The notes beneath the pieces were generated by a model. The model saw only the letters and a program-made list of their open reading frames with translations, had not been told where the DNA came from and made no database searches. A program made the position numbers and the translations under genes. From a virus, in the IMG/VR virus record IMGVR_UViG_3300027747_000004, positions 1 to 64,000 of that record: DNA of 64,000 nt, one strand, 5' to 3'. Of the stretch, positions 1 to 10,778 are shown in pieces; position 1 is the stretch's first letter, and every line of letters begins with the position of its first letter.

Positions 1-1790
1 AAACTCGTCGCTACTTCCGTTACCAATCGGGAAAGGGCATCCAGTTTTCTACAGGTTCCTCGTTGAAGCCTTACTTGTTCAACCCATCGTTGAGTGCAAG
101 CGGAACATCTATCGGCGCAACCATTACAGTCACCACGCAGTTTCCTCATAACCTAACTGCAAACACCGTTGTGACGGTTGCAGGCGTGGATCAAACGGGT
201 TACAACGGCACATACACAATTCTTTCTACGGGCTTGACTGCAACTGCATTTACTTACACTGCAACAACCGCCCCTTCCTCCACAACAGCAACTGGATTGA
301 ACATCAAGGTCAGCCCTTATAGCTGGTACGGGTCTAGCAACCGAATTGGTTTCTTTGACCAGCAGAACGGCATTTTCTTTGAATTTGATGGTCAAATTTT
401 GTATGCGGTGTTGCGTAGTTCTGTGACTCAAATTAACGGTCGTTCCGCCGTTACACAAGGCTCAGGAACGATTACGGGCACCAATACGCAATTTAGCACT
501 CAATTGAAGCCAAATGATTACATTGTGATTCGTGGTCAGTCGTACAAGGTGATCACAATCACCAGCGATACCTCCATGCAAGTCTCACCAGAGTACCGTG
601 GCAGCACAATAAGCCAAGGTGGCGTGATCATTTCCAAGACCATTGAAACTCGCGTTCCTCAGTCTCAATGGTTTGATCCTTGCGACGGCACTGGCCCTTC
701 AGGGTACAACATTGACCTCACCCGTATGCAGATGTGGTACATCGACTACTCTTGGTACGGTGCTGGTGTGATTCGTTGGGGCTTCCGATCTACTGGTGGT
801 GCCATCATTTACGTGTATGCGCAACAGAACAACAACATCAAGTACGAAGCCTACATGCGGTCTGGAAATATGGCTGCGCACTACGAGTCAAACAACCAGT
901 CTTTGGCAACTTACATCACAGCATCTGTAGGTACTGGTGATACCACATTGAACGTGGCAAGTACCGCAACTTTTGCACCCGCTGGTACTTTGAAAGTTCA
1001 GGCAAGCGGCACGTCTGGTGCAATTGAGTACATGACCTACACAGGCAAAACGGACACCACGTTTACCGGGCTGACCCGTGCAACTACTGGTGGCGCGGCT
1101 ACCGCGCAGTCATTTACTTACTCCGCTACTGCCCCGGTCGCAGTTGAGTATGCATCACCTGACACTGCTGCGGCTCTATCGCATTGGGGCTCTTCGGTCA
1201 TCATGGATGGTCAATTCAACGATGACAAGTCGCTGATTTTTAACTACGGAACTACGGCACAGCTTTCTGTTCCTGCGGGAGCAACCGTCCCTATTATTGC
1301 AATTCGTATCGCACCGTCTGTGGACAACGGCCAAATTGGCTTACTTGGTGTCAAAGAAATTGTCAATCGTATGCAACTGCAGTTGGTTGAACTTGGCATT
1401 GTCTCTGCTGGCACATTCCTAATCAACTTGGTTTTGAATGGGTACTGCACTAGCTTTAGCGGGGCATGGAGTTCACCCAATGTCGCCAATGGATATACCT
1501 CTTCGTTAGCGCAAGTAGCAGTCAATACAACTACTACAGCGTCAATTAGTGGCGGTGAATCAGTTGCTGCGGCGTTTACCAATTCAAGCGGGCAAACCAC
1601 ACTAGATTTAAGTGGAGTTCGGGACTTGGGTAACTCTATCCTTGGGGGTGGTACTACCTCTTCGGTTCCAACTGGACAGTCGGGGCAGTACCCAGATGGG
1701 CCTGATATTTTGTATGTAGCTGCTACTAATACGGCAGGATCAGCTACAAATATTCTGGCTCGTTTGAGCTGGAAAGAAGCGCAGGCCTAA
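1..1790 (+). CDS. 5'-truncated virion structural protein (Thr/Ser/Gly-rich beta-sandwich domains); diverged copy of 55562-58189
   Basis: The frame is open from the window edge (TRRYFRYQSGKGIQFSTGSSLKP...), so the start at 63 is not the true start. Aligns to the C-terminal two-thirds of the 875-aa ORF. Confidence 0.8.
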   Translation, partial: TRRYFRYQSGKGIQFSTGSSLKPYLFNPSLSASGTSIGATITVTTQFPHNLTANTVVTVAGVDQTGYNGTYTILSTGLTATAFTYTATTAPSSTTATGLNIKVSPYSWYGSSNRIGFFDQQNGIFFEFDGQILYAVLRSSVTQINGRSAVTQGSGTITGTNTQFSTQLKPNDYIVIRGQSYKVITITSDTSMQVSPEYRGSTISQGGVIISKTIETRVPQSQWFDPCDGTGPSGYNIDLTRMQMWYIDYSWYGAGVIRWGFRSTGGAIIYVYAQQNNNIKYEAYMRSGNMAAHYESNNQSLATYITASVGTGDTTLNVASTATFAPAGTLKVQASGTSGAIEYMTYTGKTDTTFTGLTRATTGGAATAQSFTYSATAPVAVEYASPDTAAALSHWGSSVIMDGQFNDDKSLIFNYGTTAQLSVPAGATVPIIAIRIAPSVDNGQIGLLGVKEIVNRMQLQLVELGIVSAGTFLINLVLNGYCTSFSGAWSSPNVANGYTSSLAQVAVNTTTTASISGGESVAAAFTNSSGQTTLDLSGVRDLGNSILGGGTTSSVPTGQSGQYPDGPDILYVAATNTAGSATNILARLSWKEAQA

Positions 1791-1791
1791 T

Positions 1792-2181
1792 ATGCCCTCT
1801 AAATCCCCTGCCCAACACCGCTTGATGGAGGCCGCCGCCCATACCAAGGGCGGGTACGGCGGCGTGCCCCAAAAGGTCGGCAAAGAGTTTGTGTCTGCCG
1901 ATAAGCGCAAGACCAAGAAAATGGCCGATGGTGGCATGGCCAGCTTAGGTGGCATGACATCCAGCACGCCCAGCTCCTCTGCGGGGCAATCATCCAATAT
2001 TAATCCGCCCCCGGCCATGGCCCAGGGCGGCAGGCGGGATGACCTGCCATCCGCGCCGCAGGTGCCCATGAACCCTGACGGTTCTGGACCCATGAACGCG
2101 TCGGGGTTCAAGAAGGGTGGCCACATCACCACCCGGCGTTTGTCGTCGGTGACACGGTCCAAGAAGTCCCCTAACTGGTAA
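1792..2181 (+). CDS. small basic late protein with xxxGG motifs
   Basis: 129 aa, Lys-rich, contains MADGG, MAQGG, FKKGG; starts 1 nt after the upstream stop. Confidence 0.7.
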   Translation: MPSKSPAQHRLMEAAAHTKGGYGGVPQKVGKEFVSADKRKTKKMADGGMASLGGMTSSTPSSSAGQSSNINPPPAMAQGGRRDDLPSAPQVPMNPDGSGPMNASGFKKGGHITTRRLSSVTRSKKSPNW

Positions 2182-2190
2182 GAGGTTGTT

Positions 2191-2583
2191 ATGAAAGCGG
2201 GTCTCTATGCCAACATCCACGCAAAGCAAGAGCGCATCGCTCATGGCTCTGGTGAGAAGATGCGTAAGGTTGGTAGCAAAGGTGCGCCGACGGCTCAGGC
2301 TTTCAAAAAATCAGCGAAGACGGCCAAAATGAAAAATGGCGGTCCAAGCCTGGCCGTTGGCCGTGGCGAGAAGTTGTCGGTTGACAAGGGTGCTGGCCTG
2401 ACCGAAAAGGGGCGCGCCAAGTACAATCGGGAGACGGGATCGCACCTGAAGGCTCCACAGCCGAAGGGCGGTGCCCGCAAGGACTCGTTTTGTGCCCGCA
2501 TGAGCGGCGTAGTAGAACATTCAAAGGGGGACGCCCCACGCGCTAAGGCATCGCTGAAGCGGTGGGATTGCCCAGGCTGGTAA
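2191..2583 (+). CDS. small basic phage protein (SFCARM...LKRWDC; DUF6321-like from recollection)
   Basis: GAGG RBS; SFCARMSG and RWxC motifs shared with 58191-58736; MKNGG motif. Confidence 0.7.
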   Translation: MKAGLYANIHAKQERIAHGSGEKMRKVGSKGAPTAQAFKKSAKTAKMKNGGPSLAVGRGEKLSVDKGAGLTEKGRAKYNRETGSHLKAPQPKGGARKDSFCARMSGVVEHSKGDAPRAKASLKRWDCPGW

Positions 2584-2592
2584 GGAAACACC

Positions 2593-3666
2593 ATGGCATA
2601 CAGCGGCACCGTCGGTCAAACAGTCATCTCAGTACAGACCCTGATTGACCATGGCGCACGCCGGTGCGGCAAGTTGGCCGAGGAGCTGTCGGTCGAGCAG
2701 GTGCAGTCCGCCAAAGAATCGCTGTTTTTCTTTCTGTCTAACCTGGCCAACCTTGGCATTAACTACTGGGCGATCAACAAGACCGTCATCGGCCTCAACG
2801 CGAACCAGTACATCTACAGCCTGCCTGTAGGCACCGTAGACGCCCAGAACGTGCTCTACCGCACGATGGACAGGCCGGTGGGTAGCTACACCTCATCCGC
2901 AGGCGGGACGGCCGCATTTGTGGCCGATGGCGATACCACGACGTACTGCCAGCAGACTTCCCCCAACGGCAACATCTCGGTGACCTATGGCACCAACAAC
3001 GGGCAGTACATTGGCTCGATCGGTTTCCTGCCCTACATCGCCGGCGGCGGCAGTGGGACCTGGAGCTACGTGCTGGAGTACTCTACCGACGGATCCACGT
3101 GGAATAACCTGGCCACCGGCACCAGTGTTGCGGTGGCAGATATGCAGTGGGTGTGGACTGACATCGACCCGGGGCAGAACGTGCAGTATTACCGCATGCG
3201 GGCTACCGGCGGCACCACGCTGGCCCTGCGCGAGCTGTACTTTGGGAACAACTCCCGTGAGCTGCAGATGGCGCGCCTGAACCGCGACGACTACACCAAC
3301 CTGCCCAACAAGAACTTCACGGCCAACCAGCCCTTCCAGTTCTGGTTTGACCGCACGATCCCCCAGCCCACGATGTACCTGTGGCCGGTGCCTTCCAACA
3401 CTTTCGTCCAGATGACGGTGTGGTACTCCCGCCAGATCATGGACGTGGGTGCGCTTAATGGCCAGCTCGAGATCCCCCAGCGCTGGTACGAGGCGGTCCT
3501 GATGAACCTAGCTCACCGGATGAGCTTGGAGCTGCCGGCCGTACCTTTGGAGCGCATTGGCTACCTTGAAAAGATGGCCGCGCAATACCTCAACGACGCC
3601 GAGAGCGAAGAGCGCGACAAGTCGCCGATCTATCTGGCCCCTAACATTTCCGTCTATTCGAGGTAA
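2593..3666 (+). CDS. head-tail adaptor / tail tubular A-like protein with inserted discoidin-like domain
   Basis: AAGGA RBS; helical N-terminus, 'LWPVP', 'IPQRWYEAV..NLA' adaptor-type C-terminus; central 'LEYSTDGSTW...YYR' F5/8-like insert. Confidence 0.65.
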   Translation: MAYSGTVGQTVISVQTLIDHGARRCGKLAEELSVEQVQSAKESLFFFLSNLANLGINYWAINKTVIGLNANQYIYSLPVGTVDAQNVLYRTMDRPVGSYTSSAGGTAAFVADGDTTTYCQQTSPNGNISVTYGTNNGQYIGSIGFLPYIAGGGSGTWSYVLEYSTDGSTWNNLATGTSVAVADMQWVWTDIDPGQNVQYYRMRATGGTTLALRELYFGNNSRELQMARLNRDDYTNLPNKNFTANQPFQFWFDRTIPQPTMYLWPVPSNTFVQMTVWYSRQIMDVGALNGQLEIPQRWYEAVLMNLAHRMSLELPAVPLERIGYLEKMAAQYLNDAESEERDKSPIYLAPNISVYSR

Positions 3667-3668
3667 AA

Positions 3669-4016
3669 ATGCCGCGCTTCCTCGACACCGAAGGCAATGC
3701 CTCTCTGGCCATCGGCGTCTGTGACCGGTGCAAGATGAAGCGTGCGTTTTCGACTCTGGGCTCGGATCCAAACTTTCCAGGCCTGCGCGTGTGCGACCAA
3801 GGGTGCGCGGACCAGCTTGACCCATACCGGCTTGCCGCGCGTCAAACAGAACGGATAAACTTGCGGTTTCCGAGACCCGACGTCGACATCGCCGTGGTGG
3901 ATAATCAGATCATTACGGGGGGCAACAATAATTTTGTGCTGTCGCCTGAACAGAACACCCAAACGCCTGGAAACAACGGGAACCTTGACTCTATCAGCTT
4001 ATCACCGGGGCAATAA
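3669..4016 (+). CDS. conserved virion-module protein with CxxC/CxxxC
   Basis: CDRC...CDQGC; homologue at 59802-60173. Confidence 0.65.
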   Translation: MPRFLDTEGNASLAIGVCDRCKMKRAFSTLGSDPNFPGLRVCDQGCADQLDPYRLAARQTERINLRFPRPDVDIAVVDNQIITGGNNNFVLSPEQNTQTPGNNGNLDSISLSPGQ

Positions 4017-5785
4017 TGGCAAACGTAACGATCACCCAACTGCCCAACGCCGGGACCCTTGCTGGCACAGAGTCCGTGCCGATTGTCCAAAACGGCGTTA
4101 CGGTCCAAACTACGACCGGGGCTATTGCCAACGCGTATTCGCAGACGCAAACCTTTATAACCGTCAATCAAGAGCCAAGCCTTGCCAATAGCCAAGCATT
4201 AGCAGCGGGCAATGGAATAAATGTCACAGCCAGTGCCCCGCAAGGAAACATAACGGTAGCGCTTAAAACTTCTGGTGTAACGGCTGGTAGTTACACCGCG
4301 GCTAACATTACGGTGGACAGTTATGGTCGTCTGACATCCGCATCCAACGGTGGAAATGCAGGAACTGTGACATCGGTTGGCGCAACAGTTCCATCATTTT
4401 TGTCTGTTGCTGGTAGCCCCATCACGACTAGCGGAACTTTAGCCATCAGCTATTCGGGAACTGCTCTTCCAATTGCCAACGGCGGCACAGGATCAACTTC
4501 AACGACGTTTGTCAACCTTACTTCCAATGTGACGGGTACTTTGCCAATTGCCAACGGCGGCACAGGATCAACTTCAACGACGTTTGTCAACCTCACTTCC
4601 AATGTGACGGGTACTTTGCCAATTGCCAACGGCGGTACAGGATCAACTTCAACGACGTTTGTCAACCTCACAACAAACGTCACAGGAACTTTACCAGTAG
4701 CAAATGGTGGCACCGGCGTCACGTCTTTGACTGCGGGGTACATCCCCTACGGCAATGGCACGGGCGCCTTTGCGTCTTCTTCTGGGTTTACTTACAACGC
4801 CAGCACAACCACGCTGATAGCGCCGGTATTGAGTGTCAATTCAACCACCAGCACGACGCCTAACCTGACGTTTAATGCCAGCAATTCGGGCTTTACTTCT
4901 GGCGCAGCGGTGTCTGGCAGCTACTTGCAAACCGTTATCCAAAACAGCAGTGGCACCGCAAGCGCGTCAACAAATTATGTCTTGAGCAACGACTTGGGAA
5001 CCGACTCTACCTACTACGGTGAGTTTGGTATGAACTCATCGGTGTACTCAGGTGCAAGCGTCCCTGCTGACTTTTTTAGTCTTAACAACGGCTTGTACTT
5101 TTCCGGCCACGATGGTGACATTAGTGTAGGCTCTGGCAACGGCAAGAAACTGTACTTAACTTGGGGCACTACAGGGCAATCGGCTCACGTCATCAATGCA
5201 TCTGGTGCCCTTGGCCTAAACACCAACTTGGCGGCGGGCACCGGATCTGGCACAACAGGATTTGGCACTGCTGGTCAGCCCATTCTGTCTGGAGGTTCTG
5301 CCGCAACTCCTACTTGGGGAACGCTGACTGTTGGTGGAGGCGGCACAGGTGCGACCACATTGACTGGTCTTGTGGTAGGCAATGGCACCAGCGCTATGAC
5401 TACTGTCACCGCACCAAGCGGTACTGTAGTAGGAACAAACGACACGCAGACGCTGACCAACAAGTGGATTCAGCCTCGTGTTCTAGCAAGCACTGCAAAC
5501 ACCGCAACGCCTACAATAAACACAGACAGCTACGACATTGTTGTAATCACAGCGCAATCTGTCGCCATCACTTCATTCACAACAAACCTAACTGGGACAC
5601 CCGTCAACGGTCAAAAGCTGTGGATTTCTGTTACTGGAACTACAGCAATTGCAATCACATGGGGCGCTTCTTTTGAATCGTCAACAATAACTTTACCTTC
5701 AACAACTGTGACAACGGCTCGGTTGGATGTAGGTTTTGTGTGGAACGTAGCCACAAGCAAGTGGCGCTGCGTAGCGGTGGCTTGA
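4016..5785 (+). CDS. tail fibre protein
   Basis: GTLPIANGGTG repeats, 'ITVDSYGRLTSA' fibre repeat, C-terminal 'KWRCVAVA'. Confidence 0.8.
   Translation: MANVTITQLPNAGTLAGTESVPIVQNGVTVQTTTGAIANAYSQTQTFITVNQEPSLANSQALAAGNGINVTASAPQGNITVALKTSGVTAGSYTAANITVDSYGRLTSASNGGNAGTVTSVGATVPSFLSVAGSPITTSGTLAISYSGTALPIANGGTGSTSTTFVNLTSNVTGTLPIANGGTGSTSTTFVNLTSNVTGTLPIANGGTGSTSTTFVNLTTNVTGTLPVANGGTGVTSLTAGYIPYGNGTGAFASSSGFTYNASTTTLIAPVLSVNSTTSTTPNLTFNASNSGFTSGAAVSGSYLQTVIQNSSGTASASTNYVLSNDLGTDSTYYGEFGMNSSVYSGASVPADFFSLNNGLYFSGHDGDISVGSGNGKKLYLTWGTTGQSAHVINASGALGLNTNLAAGTGSGTTGFGTAGQPILSGGSAATPTWGTLTVGGGGTGATTLTGLVVGNGTSAMTTVTAPSGTVVGTNDTQTLTNKWIQPRVLASTANTATPTINTDSYDIVVITAQSVAITSFTTNLTGTPVNGQKLWISVTGTTAIAITWGASFESSTITLPSTTVTTARLDVGFVWNVATSKWRCVAVA
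4464..4712 (+). repeat. 75-bp in-frame tandem repeat (LPIANGGTGSTSTTFVNLTSNVTGT x3+)
   Basis: near-identical nucleotide units visible. Confidence 0.9.
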
Positions 5786-5786
5786 T

Positions 5787-7664
5787 ATGGCAAACAAATA
5801 TTGGGTTGGGTCTGTAAGCGGAACTACACCGGCTTCTGGAAATTGGAGTTCATCAACCGGATGGAGAACGACTTCTGGCGGTCTTGTTGTTACTACCCCA
5901 CCCGGAAGCGCTGACATTGCTATTTTTGATAACAACTCGTTTTTGGGTGCAGCAATCACCGTAACAGTTGATAGCGCAATTACCATCAACGGAATTAATG
6001 CTTCTGGCATTACCACTGGGGCAAATGGCATTACTCTTGCCAGTTCTGGCTCAGGTGCAATACAGTTAAATACAGGCTCTGTTTTAACTTTACCTGCAAG
6101 TAGATTTACATGGACTTGTACCGGGGGACTAAGCCTAGGTACTTCAGCAACATCTACTTGGACTACAAATGGGGTTGCAATATCTTCCCCAATTACATTG
6201 TCATCTACCAATGCTGCGCTAACCATTAGTGGCGATGTTAATTGCACAAGCGCATTAAACTTTAATGGCGGAACAATTAATTTTGCTTCTTACCAAATAT
6301 TTTGCAGTTCATTAGTTGTTAACAGTAGTGTTGCAACAACTTTTAACATTACAACGGCTGGCGCTGGTATCACGGTTACTGGTAATTCTGGAACAATTGT
6401 AAACTGGGCTACAAACTCAAGTAGAATTTTTTATTCAGCAATTAAGTTTACTCTTACGTTAACTGCATCTGGAACTGCTACTGGAAGAAGCATTGCTTTT
6501 ACAGGAACAGGTTACCAAGTATCTACTTCAATTATTCCCGCACTTAAATTTACTAATGGAAGCGACACAATAACAATTATTGTTGCCGGTGTTGGAACAC
6601 TATTTAATTGTGCCGGAATAGATACAACAGGTTGTACAAGTTCTTTAACATTTAATTTTTTACCAAATACATTTTATGTTTATGGCGACGTAATATTAAC
6701 ACCAAGTTTTTTTTACAATGGTTTTGGATTTGTTGGGGCTAGTACAACATCAAAAAAACTTACTTTAAATATTTCTACCGCTTCCACCTCGCCTACTTTT
6801 GTATTTACTCAAGACGCTGTTTATGTTCAACAAGGAATCATTGATAACAACATAGACATGATAGGAAGTTTTACTGGTTTTACAACTGGTTCATTTACAT
6901 TTAATAACACAGGAAGAATTTCCGGCAAATACACACCAAACAATAGAACGTACTTTGTTGGTGACATAGTTTTTAACCAAGAAAACATTGAACTGTATAA
7001 CGCCTATGACTTTACTTCTTGCACCTCTGTATCTGTAACGCAGACATCTGCTTTTAGTACCACATTTACTTTAAGTTCATCTTCTTATTCAGTTCCAACT
7101 ACTTTTACTCAAGCAAGTGGCGTAGGTAACCAAATATTTTTTAAAAACTTTACTCAAACAGGTGGATCTTTAACTTTAAATAGTTCAAGTATTTCCGTTA
7201 CCTCTTCTACAAGTTTTACTATAAATTCAGGCGTAACATTTGATGCCGGAACATCATCTATTACATTGCTTGGAAATTCGTCATTAGTTGCTAGTACATC
7301 AAATTTTAATAATGTAATTGTTTCTGGAAGTAGCGTTTCTATTGCGGCAGCTAAAATACAAAATTTAAGCAATACCGTACAACCGGCAACAACAACTTTT
7401 GCATCAGATGTTGTTTTTGATACATTTAATCTTAATGGAACTTCTGGAAATTTAATTACCGTAACATCAGATACAACAACGCAACGCACATTAACTAAAA
7501 AAAATGCGTGGACGTTAGATCACAGTACAGATAGCGGAAACAATACAGGCATAACTTTTTTAAGCAGTGGAACTGGAAACAATTCTTACTTAAACGTAAG
7601 CTACATCAATGGTATAGTTAGTGGTGCGCCCACTGCGACTGGCAACTTCTTTTTATTGTTTTAG
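5787..7664 (+). CDS. AT-rich tail fibre / receptor-binding beta-helix-like protein
   Basis: 625 aa, Ser/Thr-rich, 'YWVG...NWS' start and 'GNFFLLF' end; markedly AT-rich. Confidence 0.7.
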   Translation: MANKYWVGSVSGTTPASGNWSSSTGWRTTSGGLVVTTPPGSADIAIFDNNSFLGAAITVTVDSAITINGINASGITTGANGITLASSGSGAIQLNTGSVLTLPASRFTWTCTGGLSLGTSATSTWTTNGVAISSPITLSSTNAALTISGDVNCTSALNFNGGTINFASYQIFCSSLVVNSSVATTFNITTAGAGITVTGNSGTIVNWATNSSRIFYSAIKFTLTLTASGTATGRSIAFTGTGYQVSTSIIPALKFTNGSDTITIIVAGVGTLFNCAGIDTTGCTSSLTFNFLPNTFYVYGDVILTPSFFYNGFGFVGASTTSKKLTLNISTASTSPTFVFTQDAVYVQQGIIDNNIDMIGSFTGFTTGSFTFNNTGRISGKYTPNNRTYFVGDIVFNQENIELYNAYDFTSCTSVSVTQTSAFSTTFTLSSSSYSVPTTFTQASGVGNQIFFKNFTQTGGSLTLNSSSISVTSSTSFTINSGVTFDAGTSSITLLGNSSLVASTSNFNNVIVSGSSVSIAAAKIQNLSNTVQPATTTFASDVVFDTFNLNGTSGNLITVTSDTTTQRTLTKKNAWTLDHSTDSGNNTGITFLSSGTGNNSYLNVSYINGIVSGAPTATGNFFLLF

Positions 7665-7673
7665 GAGCCAAGA

Positions 7674-8990
7674 ATGGCACAAAGCGGTTTTACCCCCATC
7701 CTGATCTACGCCAGTGGCACTGCTTCCAACGTGCCAAGCGCGTCAAACCTGACCAATAGCGCTAACGGCGCTGAGTTGGCGTTGAACTATGCCGATGGAA
7801 AACTGTACTTCAAGAACAGCAGCGGCGTGGTTACCCTGCTCGCATCAAGTACCGCTACCGCGGGAGGTGTTACATCGTTTAGCGCAGGAACAACGGGTTT
7901 AACTCCTAACACCGCTACAACGGGTACTATCACTCTTGCAGGAACTTTGGCGGTAGCTAACGGCGGGACCGGCGTAACAACCAGCACGGGCACCGGCAAT
8001 AATGTTTTGTCTACATCCCCCACGCTGGTAACCCCAGCTTTGGGCACGCCGTCCTCTGCAACGCTCACCAACGCCACCGGGCTTCCCCTCACAACTGGTG
8101 TGACGGGTACGCTGCCCGTGGCCAACGGTGGGACGGGTGTTACGACTAGCACCGGTACAGGTAACAATGTGTTGTCTACATCGCCAACGCTGGTAACCCC
8201 AGTCCTGGGCACACCATCATCTGCAACGCTCACCAACGCCACCGGGCTCCCCCTCACAACTGGTGTTACCGGTACACTACCCGTTGCCAACGGTGGCACA
8301 GGCTTGGCTACTACTCCAGCCAACGGTGCATTGGACATTGGTAACGGCACAGGATTCACGCGCACCACATTGACGGCTGGATCGAACATCACGATTACTA
8401 ACGGCGCAGGCAGCATCAGTATTGCATCTGCGGCCTCTGGCGTTTCTGGTGGGCAACAAGTATTTACCGCAAGCGGCACGTTTACGATCCCCGCCGGTAT
8501 TACTCAAACCAAAGTCACTGTGGTTGGTGGTGGCGGTGATGGTGGTGGACTTTCTGGGTCTGGATCCGCTGGTGGTGGTGGCAGCGGCGGTGCTGCAATT
8601 GTTTGGCTTACTGGATTGACCCCTGCAAACACTATTACAGTGACTGTTGGTTCCAACGCTGGAACGTCTAGCATAGCTTCTGGAACACAAACAATCACAA
8701 CAGTTTCTGCAACAGGTGGAACAAGCGTTTCTTCTGGCGCTAGTGGTGGCGGAGCTGGGGGACTTGGCTCTAACGGGACTATAAATATAAAAGGGGGTGC
8801 TGGTGCTAGCAGTGGTGGTGGTGGTGGTGGTGGTTCATCTATTTTAGGTGGGGGTGCTTTGGGTTCTTCAACAAATTCAAATGGTAATCCAGGTGGAAAT
8901 TATGGTGGCGGTGGCAGCGGCGCAAATAGTACTTCTCTTTCAAAAACCGGGGGCACGGGCGCTGGTGGTATTGTGATTTTTGAATACTAG
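7674..8990 (+). CDS. tail fibre protein with glycine-rich C-terminal domain
   Basis: '[15 protein letters not shown]' N-terminus, 54-aa duplication with ANGGTG repeats, '[11 protein letters not shown]...GGGG...GIVIFEY' Gly-rich domain. Confidence 0.8.
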   Translation: MAQSGFTPILIYASGTASNVPSASNLTNSANGAELALNYADGKLYFKNSSGVVTLLASSTATAGGVTSFSAGTTGLTPNTATTGTITLAGTLAVANGGTGVTTSTGTGNNVLSTSPTLVTPALGTPSSATLTNATGLPLTTGVTGTLPVANGGTGVTTSTGTGNNVLSTSPTLVTPVLGTPSSATLTNATGLPLTTGVTGTLPVANGGTGLATTPANGALDIGNGTGFTRTTLTAGSNITITNGAGSISIASAASGVSGGQQVFTASGTFTIPAGITQTKVTVVGGGGDGGGLSGSGSAGGGGSGGAAIVWLTGLTPANTITVTVGSNAGTSSIASGTQTITTVSATGGTSVSSGASGGGAGGLGSNGTINIKGGAGASSGGGGGGGSSILGGGALGSSTNSNGNPGGNYGGGGSGANSTSLSKTGGTGAGGIVIFEY

Positions 8991-8998
8991 GAGTAAAA

Positions 8999-9181
8999 AT
9001 GAAGTACGCTCTAATTTGCCCTAACGAATCTGTTGAAAATGGCTATCGTATTGCTCAAGTGGAAACTATTACGTTTCCAGTTGGACAGCCAACATACTGG
9101 TTAGAGTGCGCTGATGATGTTGTAGCCAATCAATGGTATTACGACCCAACAGACCAGACAATTAAGTTAATACCATCATGA
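8999..9181 (+). CDS. small fibre-associated protein (possible assembly chaperone)
   Basis: AGGAG RBS; 60 aa directly after the Gly-rich fibre gene. Confidence 0.55.
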   Translation: MKYALICPNESVENGYRIAQVETITFPVGQPTYWLECADDVVANQWYYDPTDQTIKLIPS

Positions 9182-9648
9182 TCGACCCCATCACACTCAT
9201 TGCGACCGCCAAGGCCACGATAGCCGGGGTCAAACAGGCAATTGCGCTAGGAAAGGACGCGTCCGACCTTTGGCATCAGTTTTTTGATGTCAAAGACGCG
9301 GTTATGAAGGAAAAAGCAAAGCCAAGCAAAAATCCATTTCAGTCCGCTAACTCACAGGCTTTGCAACTTATTCAAATTGCTGAAGAAATGCAGCAAGTTG
9401 AAGAGCAAATAAAAATGTCTTTCATGCGTCGCGGCAAAACAAATTTGTGGATGGACTTCTTGCGTGAGCGCAACCGCATCGTGGCTGAGAACAAGGCAAG
9501 CGAGGCTGCGGCTGAGAAAGCCAAGGCCAAGCGTAAAGAAGAGATTGAGGAAGTGATTGAGATGGTACTGCTGGTGGCTTTGATTGCACTCATCATTACC
9601 TTGGGCGTTTGGGGTACGGTTGAATACATTGACTTTATGAGGAAATAA
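9178..9648 (+). CDS. membrane-anchored hypothetical protein
   Basis: coiled coil plus C-terminal TM helix (VLLVALIALIITLGVWG). Confidence 0.6.
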   Translation: MIDPITLIATAKATIAGVKQAIALGKDASDLWHQFFDVKDAVMKEKAKPSKNPFQSANSQALQLIQIAEEMQQVEEQIKMSFMRRGKTNLWMDFLRERNRIVAENKASEAAAEKAKAKRKEEIEEVIEMVLLVALIALIITLGVWGTVEYIDFMRK

Positions 9649-9649
9649 A

Positions 9650-10147
9650 ATGGATGAGTTACTCAATATTCTTAAAAGTGTTGCGCCTGCCGTTGCAACT
9701 GTTGTTGCTGGCCCCCTTGGTGGCGCTGCTGTTACTGCTCTTGCCAATAAGTTTGGTGTGGCAGATGACGTTAAAGCTGTGGCAACCGCAATTGCTGGAG
9801 ACCCAGAAGCGGCAGCCAAACTAGCTGAACTAGACCTCAAGCAGTTTGAAGCGGAAGCTGCTGACCGTGACTCGGCTCGTCGTATGCAGGAGACTGCCTT
9901 GCAACAAGACGACAAATTTTCCAAGCATTTTATTTATTGGTTTGCTTGGTTTTGGAGCGTCGGCTCGATGGTGTACTTCTTTGCCATTACCTTTGGGCAA
10001 GTTCCAGCCAGTGGCAAGGACTTTGGCAACATCATTTTGGGCTTCCTGCTTGGCACTGCCGTGGCTACCATCATTAGCTTTTTTTACGGCTCCAGCAAAT
10101 CCAGCAAAGACAAGACAGACACCATGAGTAAGGAGTTACTGAAATGA
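9650..10147 (+). CDS. putative holin
   Basis: TM helices, 'IISFFYGSSKSS' end, directly upstream of the endolysin. Confidence 0.65.
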   Translation: MDELLNILKSVAPAVATVVAGPLGGAAVTALANKFGVADDVKAVATAIAGDPEAAAKLAELDLKQFEAEAADRDSARRMQETALQQDDKFSKHFIYWFAWFWSVGSMVYFFAITFGQVPASGKDFGNIILGFLLGTAVATIISFFYGSSKSSKDKTDTMSKELLK

Positions 10148-10653
10148 AACAAAACTTTGAAGCCGCATTAGCCCATGTACTTAAATCAGAGGGAGGGTAT
10201 GTTAATGACCCTCGCGATCCCGGGGGGCGCACTAATTTGGGTTGCACTCAAGCAACTTGGGAAGAATTTGTCGGTCATACCGTATCTGAGGCTGATATGC
10301 GAGCATTGACGCCAAACGATGTTGCGCCGCTTTACAAGCGTAAATTTTGGGACAAGGTTGCTGGTGATGACCTTCCTGCGGGACTGGACTATGCCGTTTT
10401 TGATGCCGCTATCAATAGTGGGCCGGGACGGGCTGCAAAGTGGCTACAAGAGGTCGTAGGCGTAACTGCTGACGGTGCTATTGGCAAAGGCACTTTGGCT
10501 GCTGTAGCGACTTTTAAACCGCAAGACCTTATCAAAGCATACAACGATAGGCGCTTGAAGTTCCTGCAAAGCCTGCCAACATTCGGGACATTTGGTAAAG
10601 GCTGGTCTACTCGAGTTGCATCTGTACAGCAAATCGCATCTAGCCAAGCATAA
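10144..10653 (+). CDS. endolysin, glycoside hydrolase family 108 with peptidoglycan-binding domain
   Basis: 'EGGYVNDPRDPGGRTNLG', 'FDAAINSG', 'DGAIG', 'FGKGW..R'. Confidence 0.9.
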   Translation: MKQNFEAALAHVLKSEGGYVNDPRDPGGRTNLGCTQATWEEFVGHTVSEADMRALTPNDVAPLYKRKFWDKVAGDDLPAGLDYAVFDAAINSGPGRAAKWLQEVVGVTADGAIGKGTLAAVATFKPQDLIKAYNDRRLKFLQSLPTFGTFGKGWSTRVASVQQIASSQA

Positions 10654-10778
10654 ACCATAAAAAAGGATTTACTGAAATGAATTTGACAGAACACTTTACC
10701 ACTAGCTTGGCACCCCGCAAGCAGGCTCTTATAATCGACAAAACGGGCACCCGCTTGTTTGCATGACAGGAAAAGATC

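Noticed and set aside
63-65. ORF-track start of the first CDS
   Set aside because: The frame is open to the window edge and the homologue extends 300 aa further upstream.
1-313. Exact terminal repeat or simple circular overlap with 56388 onward
   Set aside because: The copies carry SNPs and an indel, and different downstream alleles, so this is not a simple circularisation overlap.
8520-8970. GG runs in the glycine-rich fibre domain (and ANGG repeats) as members of the xxxGG motif
   Set aside because: Different context (poly-Gly or structural fibre repeats) with no aromatic or basic residues upstream; excluded from the count.
4016-8990. Diversity-generating retroelement acting on the fibres
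   Set aside because: No reverse transcriptase recognised, and differences between repeats are not adenine-specific.
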